64,000 nucleotides of DNA from a candidate division WOR-3 bacterium (GCA_039804165.1 JBDRZZ010000001.1:28962-92961), one strand, 5' to 3'. Shown: positions 31,438 to 41,733, numbered from the stretch's first letter. Made by a program: numbers and translations. Notes: generated by a model not told the origin, from the letters alone.

Positions 31438-32742
31438 TTATAAAGATATATACTTTTCAAGCTCGTAATCTGTTACCTGGATTCTATAGTTTTCCCATTC
31501 TGCCTTTTTGTTTCTTATATATTTATCGAAAAAAATTTCTCCAAAAATTTCCTTAACTAAATCGCTTTTCTCTGTAATTTGGATTGCAGAATAAAGAGAG
31601 TCAGGTAAAACATCAATTTTAAGTTGTTCCCTTCTTTCCCAGGAAAGAGTATAAATGTCCTCTTCTACAGGATCTGGTAAGAGAATTTTTTCCTTAATTC
31701 CTCTTAGACCCGCTCCAAGCATAACCGCAAAAGAAAGATAAGGATTTGTCGCAGGATCTGGAGCTCTATATTCTATTCTACAAGAAGAAGGCCTTTTAAA
31801 AGACGGGACTCTTATAAGTGCAGAGCGATTTTGCCTACCCCAAGATACATAGACTGGAGCTTCGTATCCTGGGACTAGTCTCTTATATGAATTTACCCAT
31901 TGATTTGTCACAGCAGTTATTTCTTTAGCATATTTTAAAAGCCCAGCTGTGTAATGCTTGGCGATGTCCGAAAGCCGATAAGCGTCTTTTTCATCATAAA
32001 AAATATTCTTGCCATTAGAGAAAAAAGACTGATGGAGATGAAGTCCTGAACCGTTAAATCCGAAAATAGGTTTTGGCATAAATGTTGCATAGACTCCTTT
32101 CTCTCTTGCTGTTTCCTTTATGACGTATTTTGCCACCTGAATGTGGTCTGCCATCTTTAGAGCTTCTTCATATCTAAGATCTATTTCGTGTTGATTTTCT
32201 GCAACTTCATGATGAGTTACCTCAACTTCTATTCCTACATTATTTAAAATTTTCACAATCTTTTCTGAAACTTCGTCATATTTATCGTAAGGAAGAACAT
32301 CAAAATAGCCTTTTGTGTCCCGAGTTTGAAGGATTTTATCTGAAAAATAGAAAAACTCAAGTTCTGAGCCTACAAAAAAATCCCAGCTCTTTTTTTTGAC
32401 TTTCTCTATAATTTTTTTAAGAATGTATCTTGGAGAAGATTCTACTGGTGTCCCATCTGGATAATATATATCGCAGATAAATATTATGGTTTTTGCTCCG
32501 TTTTCATCTAAGAAGATATAAGAAGAGGAGAGATCTGGTTTTGCGGTAAGATCTGATTCTTCAATTCTCACAAGACCTTCAATTGAAGAACCATCAAAGT
32601 TTATCCCTTCCTCAATTGCCCTCTTTGCTTCTTTATAGCTGATTGAAAATCCTTTTACCCTTCCTAAAATGTCAGTAAACCACAAACGAATTGCTTTTAC
32701 TTCTCCAGATTCCAATAAAGATAGAGCTTCTTTTTCCTTCAT
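31438..32742 (-). CDS. glnA: Glutamine synthetase (type I-like).
   Basis: Beta-grasp signature 'FDGSSIEG' and ATP-binding 'KPIFGFNGSGLHLHQS'. Confidence 0.8.
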   Translation of the reverse strand: MKEKEALSLLESGEVKAIRLWFTDILGRVKGFSISYKEAKRAIEEGINFDGSSIEGLVRIEESDLTAKPDLSSSYIFLDENGAKTIIFICDIYYPDGTPVESSPRYILKKIIEKVKKKSWDFFVGSELEFFYFSDKILQTRDTKGYFDVLPYDKYDEVSEKIVKILNNVGIEVEVTHHEVAENQHEIDLRYEEALKMADHIQVAKYVIKETAREKGVYATFMPKPIFGFNGSGLHLHQSFFSNGKNIFYDEKDAYRLSDIAKHYTAGLLKYAKEITAVTNQWVNSYKRLVPGYEAPVYVSWGRQNRSALIRVPSFKRPSSCRIEYRAPDPATNPYLSFAVMLGAGLRGIKEKILLPDPVEEDIYTLSWERREQLKIDVLPDSLYSAIQITEKSDLVKEIFGEIFFDKYIRNKKAEWENYRIQVTDYELEKYISL

Positions 32743-32764
32743 CTTCCCTCCAAAATCAAAGATA

Positions 32765-33151
32765 TTATTTTGCCTTTACAACTCTTATAATCTCTCCCTG
32801 CCTAACAGCTTTGAAAACTTCAGGATCCCCTTCGATTTTCCCAATGATATTCACTTCGCTATAAGCACGAATTTCATTTTCACCACTTACAGGAGTTTTC
32901 CCGAAGAATATGCAAAAAGAAGGGCTTTCAACCCAAATACCTATTTCTCCTTTTTCTACAACCTCTCTTCCGTTTTCTTTTGTTACAGGGACAGGAATTC
33001 TAAAGTATATTTCTTCTCCCCATAAATTTGCTCTTCCTTCAATAGGCAAAGAGAGACAAAAGGCTCTGACTGTATTTGGATTTTCGTCTGTTAAGGTAGC
33101 GTAAACCTCTCCTATACTTTCAGAAGTTATTTTAATCCTTTTTGTTTCCAT
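32765..33151 (-). CDS. Hypothetical protein, possibly cyclophilin-like fold (PF04126-like).
   Basis: 128 aa. Weak resemblance only. Confidence 0.3.
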   Translation of the reverse strand: METKRIKITSESIGEVYATLTDENPNTVRAFCLSLPIEGRANLWGEEIYFRIPVPVTKENGREVVEKGEIGIWVESPSFCIFFGKTPVSGENEIRAYSEVNIIGKIEGDPEVFKAVRQGEIIRVVKAK

Positions 33152-33192
33152 AATTATATTATAATATATTCTTTTTCACTTCAGTCAATACT

Positions 33193-33465
33193 TCAAAAAT
33201 TAATTTGTAATATTTTCTTCGCTTCTTTTAACCTACTTTTAGGGACAAAGACCCTTGTTTCTCCAAGTCCGTTTAAAGTAAACCCAGAAATTTTACCAAT
33301 GGCTTCCTGTTCTAATCTAACTTTTATACCGGAGCTTTCTAATTTTCCCCTTATTATTTCTCCTTCCTGAGGATTTGTTCTTAGAAGGAGACTCCAGATA
33401 TATCTAAGGGTAGGTCTTCTTTTTTGATTTTTATTAAGCTTCTTTTTAGAGTTTTTTGGTTTCAT
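33193..33465 (-). CDS. DUF2007-like small protein.
   Basis: 90 aa. 'RVFVPKSRLKEAKKIL' resembles the DUF2007 motif. Basic N-terminal tail. Confidence 0.35.
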   Translation of the reverse strand: MKPKNSKKKLNKNQKRRPTLRYIWSLLLRTNPQEGEIIRGKLESSGIKVRLEQEAIGKISGFTLNGLGETRVFVPKSRLKEAKKILQINF

Positions 33466-33739
33466 TTTTTCACTCTAATTTTTTATTTATAACTATTTTT
33501 ATTGTTATCTTCTTAAAAGTCAATAGGGAGAGAAAAGGTGTTTTTATAAAAGGAGGTAAATATGAGAAAAATTAATGAAATAGGTGTTTGGTTTGTTTTT
33601 CTTTTTTCCTTCGAGTTTCAACCTCCAAGGGAATAGGAATCTTCCTCTTAAGCAAATAGGAATAAATATATTATTCTCACCGATAGTTGTCAAATCACAA
33701 AGAAGAGATAAATTAACTTTACCTTTAAAGAAAATCTTT

Positions 33740-35263
33740 CTATTTTATAATACACAATTTCTTAGAGTCTATTAGATCCCCAGCTTTTAATGTATAGAAA
33801 TAGAGTCCGTTTGTAAGAGACGAAGCGTCAAAATTTACTGAATGTATACCGCTTTCAAACTCTCTTTCTGCAATCACAGCTACTTCTTCCCCAAGAAGGT
33901 TGTAAACTTTTAAAGAAACAAAAGAACTTTTTGGGATTTCGAATTTGATTTCTGTTAAATGACTAAATGGATTTGGACAATTTTGGAATAACTTGAAAGA
34001 TGGCGTAGTTACAATTTCTTCTATACCTGAATCCGAGGAGACGAAAGTTGTTATACTCCCTTCTGGTAAGGTAATATTTAAACTGTCATTTTTTACTACT
34101 ATATGGTTCTTAGGGGAGCAGTTTTCCGTTTTAGAAGTGACATAAGGTATAAATGCCTTTACAGCGCCATTTTTAAAAACAAATGTTAGATTTTTTGTAT
34201 ATATGGAAAGATTTATTGCAACAATAACTATAGTTGAAGAGGTGCTGTCCTTATAAGCAGAAACATAAATACCATTTTGGGGGTTATCATTGCATTTGAT
34301 TCTCAGATATCCTGGGCGAATGAATCTGGAGAATTGCGACATAACGAATCCACGCTTTGTAACCTCTCCCTTGTTTCCGCTATTTCTTTCTCCATCGCTA
34401 ATTGGACCATAAAATCGCACAATATACCACCAAAGATAAGCACTCATTCCAGAAACTAAGCAATCATGAATTTCTTTTCCTGTTAGAAGAGCGGCTTTCC
34501 AGGTGAAAATCGTATCAAGATGTTCTGTCATCCATACTTCCTTTCCCTTTTGTTCGGCAAGAGGATATGGTTCAAGACCACCCCCATAGATATGCCCTGC
34601 TACAATATCTAAGTTTGCACAAGCATCTGGATCATTTAAGATAGGATCAGAAAATGCTTTATTGAAATGATAGGATTCTGGGGCCATTACTTTGACTCCA
34701 ATTGAAGAAGCATTTTCTTTAATAAATTTCACCATTTGTGAAGCATTCCAACTGCATGACTCATAAGGAACATTAATATCTGGTTCATTTTGAACTGATA
34801 TAGCGTATATTGGAGCTTCATTTGCTGCCATATAAGTAGCAAATGAATCCAAATGAGCTGCAAAATCGTCATAATAATCTTCTAAAAGTTCACCACCAAC
34901 TGGACTTTTGTTTGTTTTAAACTCTGGAGGTGGTGTCCAGGGGGATGCGATAATATTTACACCAAAAGAATGTGCCAATTTGGCGGTAGGAACGTTGAGG
35001 TTGAATTCGCTCTCTCTATATGGAATCCGAATTCGAAGGATTGAAAATCCGAGTTGGCCATCTCCTGTTCCAAAAGCTGTTTCGATTTCAGATGGAGTCA
35101 TATCTGGTCTCCAGGGAAGGATATTTGCGGCACCAAAACCTCTTATTATTTGGTGTGTGCTGTCTAGGTTTATTACAACCGCATTCTGTCCGTTGAGATT
35201 TTTAGAGAATATGAATAAAAATAAATAAATAACCCCAACCCTTAATTTTAATAAACTTCTCAT
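33740..35263 (-). CDS. Glycoside hydrolase family 30 with a T9SS C-terminal sorting domain.
   Basis: Signal peptide, then a GH30 TIM-barrel region ('GFGAANILPWRPDM', 'EVWMTEH'). The C-terminal 'CPNPFSHLTEIKF...GLYFYTLKAGDLIDSKKLCIIK' is a T9SS CTD. Confidence 0.65.
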   Translation of the reverse strand: MRSLLKLRVGVIYLFLFIFSKNLNGQNAVVINLDSTHQIIRGFGAANILPWRPDMTPSEIETAFGTGDGQLGFSILRIRIPYRESEFNLNVPTAKLAHSFGVNIIASPWTPPPEFKTNKSPVGGELLEDYYDDFAAHLDSFATYMAANEAPIYAISVQNEPDINVPYESCSWNASQMVKFIKENASSIGVKVMAPESYHFNKAFSDPILNDPDACANLDIVAGHIYGGGLEPYPLAEQKGKEVWMTEHLDTIFTWKAALLTGKEIHDCLVSGMSAYLWWYIVRFYGPISDGERNSGNKGEVTKRGFVMSQFSRFIRPGYLRIKCNDNPQNGIYVSAYKDSTSSTIVIVAINLSIYTKNLTFVFKNGAVKAFIPYVTSKTENCSPKNHIVVKNDSLNITLPEGSITTFVSSDSGIEEIVTTPSFKLFQNCPNPFSHLTEIKFEIPKSSFVSLKVYNLLGEEVAVIAEREFESGIHSVNFDASSLTNGLYFYTLKAGDLIDSKKLCIIK

Positions 35264-35334
35264 TTTTTAAAATATTATATTGATTTTTAGTTTTGTCAAT
35301 TGATCTTGAGAGATGAGAATTTTTATATGGGGGC

Positions 35335-35362
35335 TTGACTATCTTGCCAATGTGTGTAAATT
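35335..35362 (+). promoter_or_regulatory. Putative sigma70 promoter of the rpsR operon. TTGACT at about 35335-35340 and TG-TAAATT at about 35355-35362.
   Basis: Hexamers in the 142 nt AT-rich gap. AAAAGGAGGAG RBS sits before the TTG start. Confidence 0.35.
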
Positions 35363-35405
35363 AAAAAAGAGACATTTGGTTTTATTAAAATAGAAAAGGA
35401 GGAGA

Positions 35406-35636
35406 TTGGTGTCAAGCAAGAAAGTAAAAAATAATTGTTGTTTTTGTAAGGATGGGGCAGAAGTGATTGATTACAAGAATGTAGAATTATTAAATAAGTT
35501 TGTTAGCCCTAGTGGTAAAATACTTTCTTCCAGGGTGACGAGGGTTTGTCCAAAGCATCAAAGAAAGCTAAGAAGGGAAATAATGAGGGCAAGAGAAATC
35601 GCTTTAATGCCTTATGTTAGATCTTTAGAGTGGTAG
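35406..35636 (+). CDS. rpsR: 30S ribosomal protein S18.
   Basis: 'CCFCKDGAEVIDYKNVELLNKFVSPSGKILSSRVTRVCPKHQRKL'. TTG start. Confidence 0.85.
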   Translation: MVSSKKVKNNCCFCKDGAEVIDYKNVELLNKFVSPSGKILSSRVTRVCPKHQRKLRREIMRAREIALMPYVRSLEW

Positions 35637-35643
35637 GTGCATT

Positions 35644-36120
35644 ATGGAAGTTATTCTTATAGAAGATCATCCACATTTAGGTGAAAGAGGAAAGATTGTG
35701 AAAGTAGCTAATGGGTATGCAAGAAATTACTTAATACCCAAAAATATTGCTATTCCTAATACTCCTGCTAATAGAGCTCGGATTGAAGCAGAGAGAAAGT
35801 TTGAGGAAGTTAAATATAAGAAGATGGTAACATTGGCTAGTGAGATAAAGGAAAAGATTGAAGGGAAAGAGTTCAAGATTAAAGTGAAAGCAGGAAAGGA
35901 TGGTAAATTATATGGTTCTGTGACGAAGCAGGATATTGTAGAGCTCTTAAGAAAAGAAGGTTACGAGATAGATAAGAAGGTTATAGAATTAGATGAGGCT
36001 ATAAAAGAAACAGGTTCTTATCAAATACAACTCAATCTTTTAAAAGATGTAAAAACAAGTATTAACTTAATTGTAGAAGAAGATAACTCTTCTAAGGAGG
36101 AGGGAGATGATAGAAGTTAA
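35644..36120 (+). CDS. rplI: 50S ribosomal protein L9.
   Basis: 'MEVILIEDHPHLGERGKIVKVANGYARNYLIPKNIA'. Confidence 0.85.
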   Translation: MEVILIEDHPHLGERGKIVKVANGYARNYLIPKNIAIPNTPANRARIEAERKFEEVKYKKMVTLASEIKEKIEGKEFKIKVKAGKDGKLYGSVTKQDIVELLRKEGYEIDKKVIELDEAIKETGSYQIQLNLLKDVKTSINLIVEEDNSSKEEGDDRS

Positions 36121-36592
36121 AATTGCAGGTATTGCAATTGATAGAACTTCGAACACTCCTGTAGTTCTTTTAAGGGACGTGACAGAGAAGAAGAGAGTTC
36201 TCCCAATTTGGATAGGACCTTTTGAAGCAGAAGCAATATCCCAAGGGTTAAAAAATGAGAAATTTAAAAGACCTTTAACCCATGATTTGATTTTAAATGT
36301 TTTAAAGGGTTTGAAGGTGGAAATTTCGAAGGTTGTAGTTTCCGGCTTGAAAGATGACACTTATTTTGCAGAAATTTATCTTAAAAAAGATAATGAAATT
36401 TTCAAGATAGATTCGCGGCCAAGCGATTCACTTGCTTTAGCTTCTAAGAATAAAGTCCCGATTTACGTCAAGGATGAAGTTATGGAAAAAGGGGGTATCA
36501 GACTGGATCTTGACGAAAGTAAAAAGTTCCAGGATATTAGAAAGTATATGGAGGATATTAAGCCAGAGGATTTTGGAAAATTCAGGATGTAG
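36107..36592 (+). CDS. Bifunctional nuclease (BFN/DUF151) domain protein.
   Basis: 'DRTSNTPVVLLRD...RVLPIWIGPFEAEAI...RPLTHDL' matches PF02577. Confidence 0.65.
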   Translation: MIEVKIAGIAIDRTSNTPVVLLRDVTEKKRVLPIWIGPFEAEAISQGLKNEKFKRPLTHDLILNVLKGLKVEISKVVVSGLKDDTYFAEIYLKKDNEIFKIDSRPSDSLALASKNKVPIYVKDEVMEKGGIRLDLDESKKFQDIRKYMEDIKPEDFGKFRM

Positions 36593-36595
36593 TAA

Positions 36596-37039
36596 TTGAA
36601 AGTTCTTATCCAGAGAGTTCTTTCTTCTTCGGTTCGCCTAATTAAAGATGGAAAAATAAAAGAGGAAGTTTCTATTGGAAAGGGGCTTTTACTTTTTGTT
36701 GGAATAGGGAAAAATGATGATGAAGATAAAGCTTCCTTTCTGGCTCAGAAAATTTTTACTCTTAGAATTTTTGAAAATAAAGGGAAATTTGATTTATCGC
36801 TTAGAGATATAAAAGGAGAGGTTTTGGTAGTTCCGCAGTTTACCTTGTATGGAGATGCAGAAAAGGGAAGGAGGCCTGATTTTACTTCTGCAGAAAGACC
36901 AGAGAGAGCGAAGAAATTGTTTGATTTTTTTTGTGAAGAGATGAGTAAATATGTGTTGTGCAAAAAAGGATTTTTTGGAGAAAAGATGGAGGTAGAATTA
37001 ATAAACGATGGGCCTGTTACTTTAATGGTGGAAAAATGA
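36596..37039 (+). CDS. dtd: D-aminoacyl-tRNA deacylase.
   Basis: 'MKVLIQRV' N-terminus and 'PQFTLYGD' motif. 147 aa. Confidence 0.85.
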   Translation: MKVLIQRVLSSSVRLIKDGKIKEEVSIGKGLLLFVGIGKNDDEDKASFLAQKIFTLRIFENKGKFDLSLRDIKGEVLVVPQFTLYGDAEKGRRPDFTSAERPERAKKLFDFFCEEMSKYVLCKKGFFGEKMEVELINDGPVTLMVEK

Positions 37040-37884
37040 AGTCAATGACAGCTTTTGTTTCTGGAGTAAAAGAATTTTTTGGAGTTAATGTAAGATTTGA
37101 GCTTGCTTCATATAATAGTAGATTTATAGATATTAATCTCGATTTGCCGGAATTTTTGCTACCTTATAGGGTGAATATATATAACGCAGTTAAAAGTAAG
37201 CTTTCTAGGGGGAGAATAGAACTTCAAGCTTATATTGAGGATGGTAATTTCACGGATACTATTTTTTATCAAAAAATTATGGAAGAAGATTTGGAGAGAC
37301 TTAGAAAAATAAAAGATAAATTCAATTTGAAGGGAGATATTGATATTTCTCTTTTGATGAGGTTTGCTAATGAATGGGGAAGTTTTTTTAGATTTAATAT
37401 AAAATGGGAAGAAATAGCACCATTTTTAGATAATCTTTTGTTGGAGCTTAATGAGGTTAAAGAAAGAGAAGGCGAGTTTATAAAAAGAGACCTTGAGAAC
37501 AAAATAAAAAAATTTAAAGAAATCCTCGATTTTATATTGAGTCAGTCTGGGGTAGAGATGGAAGAGAAGAAGGAAAAAATTATGAAGGCAATCAAGAGAT
37601 TAAACGAACTTGATATTCAAATTTCATATGATGATATTAATTTCTTTGCCTTTAAAGATATTGACGAGGAATTGGTTCGGTTGGAAAGTCATGTTGATTA
37701 TTTTATGGAATTATTAAAGTCAAATGGGGCAGTGGGGAAAAAATTGAAATTTTTGTTGCAGGAAATGGCGAGGGAAGTGAATACCATAGGTTCTAAGGCT
37801 TATACAGCTAATATTGTCCATAAGGTTATTGATTTAAAAGAAATACTTGATGAGTTGCGAGAGCAGGTAGAGAATATAGAATAA
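37036..37884 (+). CDS. yicC: YicC-family protein (stress-induced, endoribonuclease family).
   Basis: Start reassigned to the ATG at 37036 (ATGA overlap with the dtd stop), because track ORF 36958.. overlaps dtd. 'MKSMTAFVSG' N-terminus and a C-terminal DUF1732-like helical region. Confidence 0.7.
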   Translation: MKSMTAFVSGVKEFFGVNVRFELASYNSRFIDINLDLPEFLLPYRVNIYNAVKSKLSRGRIELQAYIEDGNFTDTIFYQKIMEEDLERLRKIKDKFNLKGDIDISLLMRFANEWGSFFRFNIKWEEIAPFLDNLLLELNEVKEREGEFIKRDLENKIKKFKEILDFILSQSGVEMEEKKEKIMKAIKRLNELDIQISYDDINFFAFKDIDEELVRLESHVDYFMELLKSNGAVGKKLKFLLQEMAREVNTIGSKAYTANIVHKVIDLKEILDELREQVENIE

Positions 37885-38456
37885 TGGTTATAATAATTTC
37901 TGGTCCATCAGGAGCTGGTAAAACCACTGTTTGTAAAGAGTTACTTAAGGAGGACGAGAAACTTCTCTATTCTGTTTCGGCAACTACAAGAGGGAAAAGA
38001 AAAGGTGAGAAGGAAGGTGTTGATTATTATTTTATTAGTGAGGAAGAATTTAAAAAATGGAAAAAGGAAGGAAGATTTTTAGAAACGGCGAAAGTCCATA
38101 ATTATTATTATGGAACCTTAAAAGATTTTATAATAAAAGGAGAGAAAGAAAAAAAAGATATTTTGCTTGACATAGATGTAAAAGGTAAAATAAATGTTTC
38201 TAAGAAAATTAAAAATACTGTTTCAATTTTTCTCCTTCCTCCTACAATGGAAGAAGCGGTTAAAAGAATAAAAAAAAGAAACAAGGAGAAAGAAGAAGAA
38301 ATAAAAAAGAGATTAGAAACGGCTTTATATGAGATAAAAGAAATAAAAAAATTTGATTATTTGGTTATGAATATAGATTTAAAAGAAACAGTAAATATTG
38401 TTAAGGCTATAATATTAGCGGAAAGACATAAAGTGAAAAACTTAAAAGGAGGTTAA
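37884..38456 (+). CDS. gmk: Guanylate kinase.
   Basis: 'IIISGPSGAGKTT' P-loop and 'SATTRGKRKGEKEGVDYYF'. Confidence 0.85.
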   Translation: MVIIISGPSGAGKTTVCKELLKEDEKLLYSVSATTRGKRKGEKEGVDYYFISEEEFKKWKKEGRFLETAKVHNYYYGTLKDFIIKGEKEKKDILLDIDVKGKINVSKKIKNTVSIFLLPPTMEEAVKRIKKRNKEKEEEIKKRLETALYEIKEIKKFDYLVMNIDLKETVNIVKAIILAERHKVKNLKGG

Positions 38457-38459
38457 GGG

Positions 38460-38648
38460 ATGATTTATTCTCTTAGTGATATAAAGAAAAGGTCTAATAA
38501 CATTTATAAAGCTGTGGTGGTTATGGGTAAAGCTGCACATTGGTTTACAGCTTTTAAAAGGACAACCATAAAAAATCCTGTTTACAAAGCTATTGAGGAG
38601 TTTATTGATGGTAATATAGAGTATGAATTAATTGAGGAAGAGGATTAA
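38460..38648 (+). CDS. rpoZ: Probable RNA polymerase omega subunit.
   Basis: 62 aa. 'NIYKAVVVMGKAAHW' resembles the RpoZ core. It occupies the conserved position after gmk. Confidence 0.5.
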   Translation: MIYSLSDIKKRSNNIYKAVVVMGKAAHWFTAFKRTTIKNPVYKAIEEFIDGNIEYELIEEED

Positions 38649-38651
38649 ATT

Positions 38652-39803
38652 TTGAATCTTCTTTTTGAAAAGGTTATTCTTATTGGAGTTACAGGAGGTG
38701 TTGCTGCTTATAAAGTTCCTCTTCTTGTAAGGGAACTCAAAGGAAGAGGAGCTAAAGTGAAGGTTATTTTAACCGAAAATGCAAAAAGGTTCGTTTCTTC
38801 TCAGGTTTTATCTATCTTTAGTGATGGGGTTTTTGATTCCCTTTGGGAGGATGATATCCCTCATATAACTTTATCTTCTGAATCAGACTTTTTTTTAATC
38901 TTACCCGCAGATTACAATATTATTGGGAAAGCCGCTTCTGGAGTGGCGGATGACCTTCTTTCTACAACTATTGCAGCCTATAATAAGAAAATATTGTTTT
39001 GTCCTTCTATGAATCCAAGGATGCTTGAAAACCCAGTTCTTATCAAGAATATTGAATATCTTAAAAGTTGTGGACATTATTTTTTAGAGCCTTCTAAGGG
39101 TCCTCTTGCCTGTGGGGTGGAAGGGAAAGGTAGGCTTCCTTCAATTTCTCGGATTGTTTTGGAAATTGAGAAGGCTCTTTCCCCAAAAACTTTGGAAGGG
39201 GATCTTTGTCTTATAACTGGAGGGGGAACGGTAGAAAAAATTGATCCTGTGAGATGTTTAACAAATGAATCTTCAGGAAAAATGGCTTATTATCTTGCGA
39301 AGTATTGCTACCTTTCTGGGGGAGAAGTAGAATTGATTTTGGGTAAGAATACCTTAAACCTTGATCCTGATCTTCCCTATAAAATTACCTTAGTAAATTC
39401 TGCAGAAGAAATGTTTAATAAAATTTTAGATAGATGGGATGAGGTTGATTATCTTTTTATGAGTGCAGCTGTTTCTGATTTTACCGTTAATCCAAAAGAG
39501 GAGAAAATAAAGAGAAAAGAGGAACTTGTTCTTGAGTTAAAAAGTAATATTGACATTCTTAAAGAGTTGAAGAAAAGGAAAAAACATCAATTTATAGTAG
39601 GTTTTTCTTTAGAAAAAGAGAATCTTAGAGCTTCAACCTTAGAAAAAATGAAAGAGAAAGGTTGTGATATAATGGTTGGAAATTTTGTTTCTTCGATTGG
39701 GAGTGAAGAGAGTGCAGGGATAATTATTTCCAAGAAAGGAGAAGAAGAATTTAATTGTTCTAAAGAAGAATTGGCATGGAAAATTATTCAAAAAATAAAA
39801 TAA
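38652..39803 (+). CDS. coaBC: Bifunctional phosphopantothenoylcysteine decarboxylase / synthetase.
   Basis: Flavoprotein N-domain 'ILIGVTGGVAAYKVPLLVREL' and CoaB C-domain 'ITGGGTVEKIDPVRCLTNESSG'. Confidence 0.85.
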   Translation: MNLLFEKVILIGVTGGVAAYKVPLLVRELKGRGAKVKVILTENAKRFVSSQVLSIFSDGVFDSLWEDDIPHITLSSESDFFLILPADYNIIGKAASGVADDLLSTTIAAYNKKILFCPSMNPRMLENPVLIKNIEYLKSCGHYFLEPSKGPLACGVEGKGRLPSISRIVLEIEKALSPKTLEGDLCLITGGGTVEKIDPVRCLTNESSGKMAYYLAKYCYLSGGEVELILGKNTLNLDPDLPYKITLVNSAEEMFNKILDRWDEVDYLFMSAAVSDFTVNPKEEKIKRKEELVLELKSNIDILKELKKRKKHQFIVGFSLEKENLRASTLEKMKEKGCDIMVGNFVSSIGSEESAGIIISKKGEEEFNCSKEELAWKIIQKIK

Positions 39804-40402
39804 TAGAAATTTTAAAACTATTTAAGTATATGGGCTTTGAAAAAATTTATATAAAAAAGTCGCCTTTCCATGAACTCAAAAAAGAGATTGAGAATTGCAA
39901 AAAATGTGAGCTTTGGAAAAATAGGAATAATACTGTCTTTGGTAAGGGACCTTTTAACGCAAAGATTTTCTTTATTGGGGAAGCCCCTGGTAGGGAAGAA
40001 GACCTACAAGGAGAACCTTTTGTTGGAATGGCCGGTAAGAAACTGGATGAGATGTTTGAGAAAGCAGGAATTAACCCTAAAGAGGTTTTTATAACAAATG
40101 TTGTAAAGTGCCGTCCGCCAGGGAATAGAGCTCCAACTCCCTATGAAATAATGAAGTGCAATTCTTATTTAGTAAGGCAAATTAAATTAATAAATCCTTC
40201 TATAATTGTATTGCTTGGTAATATTCCTCTTTCTCTTGTAAGTGGAGATTTCGAAGGAATCTCAAAGGTGCGGGGTAAAAGATTAGAGTATTTATCTTAT
40301 CCAGCTATTCCTACTTTTCATCCTGCTTATGTTGTTAGGAATCCTGAAAGCGAAGAGATTGTAATTGAAGATTTTAAAAGAGTTTTAAGGAGTGTCTCTT
40401 GA
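39776..40402 (+). CDS. Uracil-DNA glycosylase, family 4 (4Fe-4S).
   Basis: 'CKKCELWKNRNNTVFGKGP...IFFIGEAPGREED...GEPFVGMAGKKLD' and 'HPAYVVRNP'. Confidence 0.75.
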   Translation: MENYSKNKIIEILKLFKYMGFEKIYIKKSPFHELKKEIENCKKCELWKNRNNTVFGKGPFNAKIFFIGEAPGREEDLQGEPFVGMAGKKLDEMFEKAGINPKEVFITNVVKCRPPGNRAPTPYEIMKCNSYLVRQIKLINPSIIVLLGNIPLSLVSGDFEGISKVRGKRLEYLSYPAIPTFHPAYVVRNPESEEIVIEDFKRVLRSVS

Positions 40403-41733
40403 TTGAGAAAGTTGGAATTCCTTATTCTGAAGAAGCAGAAATTGCTGTGATCTCAAGTATGTTGGTTGATATGGGGGCTGTGGCAGAGGTGAGTACCGTT
40501 TTAGTTCCTGAAGATTTTTACTATCCTAGTCATAGCATTATATATAATGCAATTCTCGATGTTTATAATAAAGGGCAGAAGGTTGATGTAGTTACTGTTG
40601 TTGAGCGACTGAAAAAAGATAGGGCACTTGAGAAAGTTGGAGGTTCAAGTTATGTGGCTTCTTTTGTTAAAGGGACAATCTCTCCAGAAAATGTGATATA
40701 TTACGCTGAAATTGTGAGAGAAAAGGCAATTCTTAGGGAGTTAATAGAGAAAAGTAGATTGATAATTGATAGGGCAAGTGCTGCAAGAGAAGATGTGGAC
40801 TTAATTCTTGATGAGGCTGAAAATTTGATCTTTGATGTGAGAAAAAAAAGAGGTTATGAGAGAGTTATGCCAATTACTCCTTTGCTTAAGGAAGTTATGA
40901 AAATAATAGAAGAAAGAGCAGAAAAAAAAGATTTAATTACAGGAATTTCAACAGGGCTTTTGGAGCTTGATCATTTGAGTAGCGGTTTTCAGAAAGGAGA
41001 ATTAATAATAATAGCTGCAAGACCTTCTGTTGGGAAAACCGCTTTGGCTTTAAATTTTGCTGCTCATATTGCAATTAAAGAAAATATTCCTGTGCTCTTT
41101 TTTTCTCTTGAGATGCACTGGGAAAGCCTCATTTTTAGATTACTTGCTGCCGAAGCTCGGATTGATGGAAATAGAATAAGAAGAGGTTATATAAGGGAGG
41201 ATGAATGGGTTGCTTTAACGTCCGCAGTTTCAAGGTTAACAGAAGCACCTTTTTATATAGATGCCTCTCCTTCTATGACAATATTTGAACTTAGGGCAAA
41301 AGCAAGGAGGATGAAGAAGAAATACAATATAGGTATATTATTTGCAGACTATCTTCAGTTGATTAAAGGACCTCAGATTCAAACAAGAGAGCAAGAGGTT
41401 GCCGCTATAAGTAGAGCTTTAAAATCACTTGCAATGGAGTTGAACATTCCTGTTGTTGCTCTATCTCAGCTTTCGAGACAGCCTGAGAGAAGAGGGAGAG
41501 ATTCTAAACCAATTCTTTCTGATCTTAGGGAATCGGGAGCCATTGAACAGGACGCAGATTTTGTTTTATTTATTCATAGACCCGATCAATTTAAAAAGAG
41601 TGTAGAGGTCCCTGAGGAAAAAGCCGAATTAATTATAGCGAAGCAACGTAATGGACCAATTGGAAGCTTTGAAGTTGCTTTTAGTAGAAAATACGCTCGT
41701 TTTGATAACTTACAGAAGGTAGAAGTAGAATGA
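40399..41733 (+). CDS. dnaB: Replicative DNA helicase.
   Basis: Walker A 'GELIIIAARPSVGKTALALN', Walker B 'IGILFADYLQLI', and the DnaB N-terminal domain. Confidence 0.9.
   Translation: MIEKVGIPYSEEAEIAVISSMLVDMGAVAEVSTVLVPEDFYYPSHSIIYNAILDVYNKGQKVDVVTVVERLKKDRALEKVGGSSYVASFVKGTISPENVIYYAEIVREKAILRELIEKSRLIIDRASAAREDVDLILDEAENLIFDVRKKRGYERVMPITPLLKEVMKIIEERAEKKDLITGISTGLLELDHLSSGFQKGELIIIAARPSVGKTALALNFAAHIAIKENIPVLFFSLEMHWESLIFRLLAAEARIDGNRIRRGYIREDEWVALTSAVSRLTEAPFYIDASPSMTIFELRAKARRMKKKYNIGILFADYLQLIKGPQIQTREQEVAAISRALKSLAMELNIPVVALSQLSRQPERRGRDSKPILSDLRESGAIEQDADFVLFIHRPDQFKKSVEVPEEKAELIIAKQRNGPIGSFEVAFSRKYARFDNLQKVEVE

Noticed and set aside
36958-37035. 5' extension of the yicC ORF overlapping dtd.
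   Set aside because: An ATG at 37036 overlaps the dtd stop (ATGA) and yields the canonical YicC N-terminus MKSMT...
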